Source of the DNA: Sminthopsis crassicaudata
Taxonomy: Eukaryota
Length of the DNA stretch: 64,000 nucleotides
Direction of reading: 5' to 3'
NCBI RefSeq assembly: GCF_048593235.1
Contig: NC_133617.1
Location: 6,825,607-6,889,606, forward strand
In this document: positions 62,765 to 64,000 of the stretch, piece by piece
Layout: each line of letters starts with the position of its first letter
How positions within the stretch are numbered: the stretch's first letter is position 1
Program-made: the position numbers and the translations under genes
The notes under the pieces: generated by a model
The model's input: the letters and a program-made list of their open reading frames with translations, nothing else
Told to the model about the DNA's origin: nothing
The model's database searches: none

Positions 62765-63760
62765 CTACTACTTTATGTTTTTTCTGTAACTGGTGAATTG
62801 TTATGTATTTTGAATCCTTCTTGATGTTCTGCTGGGCACATGACAATGGTCCTGTTCAGTTTTGTTTTTTCTGTATTTCTGTTTTCTATTTTTTTTTTAA
62901 TAAAATGTAAAACAATTAAAAATAATGCATTAAAATTAGATATGGTCAAAAAAAAAAAAAAGTGGTCTTAATTTGTCCTACTCGAGTCTTGTCGACTGTG
63001 GCCGCTCTGTTAGACTGGGGCACTCTCATTGCAGAACTGGGGATTCAAATCCTGCCTGATTTGCTAGTCATTTAGCCATTATGGACCTCAATCTCCCCAT
63101 CTGTAAGATGGGCATAAGCACAGCAGCTGCCTTAGAGGGGCAGTAAGGGTCAATGGCTCTAACCCTAAACCTTTGCCAACCTTCCAGGCTGGTTTTAATA
63201 CCTTTGTTTACTTACTGGGGGCATCTGATTCAGTGCTTTAAAATGCCATTTAATAGGATCTTAAGAACTAGGTCTTATGGGCTGGTGACTTCTTCCTGCA
63301 CCACTTGGGGAGGAGGGCAGTTCTTTCAAGGACAAAGCTGGAGTCTCCCCAAAACTTTCTAGCTTCGGAAGCATATGTGCCCAACGGCGCCCACTCGGCT
63401 TCACAAGGAGTCCAAATGTCTCCCTAGAGGCAAAGTAGAGGAGACTTCTGCTCCTCCCCCACCACGAGGAGGCCCTCTGGAGAAACTGAGGCAGAAACGC
63501 CTGCTCAGTAGACTCAGGGCTGCGCCATCCTGTAGCACTCTCTCCCAAACATGCAGGTGGAGTCTCTCTGAGGGGTCCTGGGAGAAGGGCTGGGGGAATT
63601 CCTGGGCCATGGTCTCCCTGGGGAGGACCCCTCGCTTGTCCTGGCAAGGCGGCACCCAGTCCCAGAAGCCTCTTATGCAGCTGCTGCTTCTCAGGAAGGT
63701 TCTGGGGGGCCCTGGTGACAGAGGGTGGGACTTGTGGGCGGGGCTTTGGGGAAGGGGGAC

Positions 63761-64000
63761 TCAGGGTGTGTGTATGTGCGCGTGTGTGACAGCTGTGCGC
63801 ACGTGTGACGGCTGTGTGTGCGCGTGTGCGTGACGGCTGTGTGTGCGCGTGTGCATGTGCGACGGCTGCGCCTGTGACGGCTGCGCGTACGCGCGCGCGT
63901 AATGGCTGCGCGTGACGGCTGTGCGCGCGCGTGACGGCTGTGTGTATGACGGCTGTGTGACGGCTGTGCGCGTGTGTGTATGACGGCTGTGCGCGCGCGT
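63761..64000. repeat. Complex (GT/GC)n repeat punctuated by TGACGGC, running off the window end
   Basis: Direct reading of the sequence. Confidence 0.9.

Overview
Eukaryotic genomic DNA, almost certainly marsupial (inferred from CORE-SINEs of the WSINE1/Mar1 type, RTE, abundant L2 and CR1/L3, and marsupial-type L1 3' ends). The window is a C2H2 zinc-finger gene cluster. Three KRAB-ZNF genes have complete, frame-consistent exon structures: A (minus, CDS 13767->5687, 686 aa, 18 intact fingers), B (plus, CDS 23658-29254, 492 aa, 7 intact fingers; an inverted paralog of A) and C (plus, CDS 39463-46788, 486 aa, 8 fingers, GC3-rich). A fourth gene, D (plus, 5 fingers), has no recognisable KRAB exon. 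Its ancestral zinc-finger exon carries stops and a SINE, but appears rescued by a new GT-AG intron carved out of the exon (59831-60328). Main unexpected elements: (i) an immunoglobulin lambda V pseudogene with promoter, leader, V exon and 23-RSS between genes B and C; (ii) an NRF1-like site exactly 20 bp upstream of a ZNF143/SBS motif in all four promoters, with unrelated spacer sequence; (iii) a 1.9 kb G-rich minisatellite in gene C intron 2 that is in frame with the gene's own ATG; (iv) a candidate CRE-driven small secreted Cys-rich ORF; (v) a 78-bp repeat built from CTAAC/AAC-loop hairpins. All calls were made by eye with no database searches. Family names for repeats and similarity to known proteins are from recall. 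Transposon boundaries are approximate.
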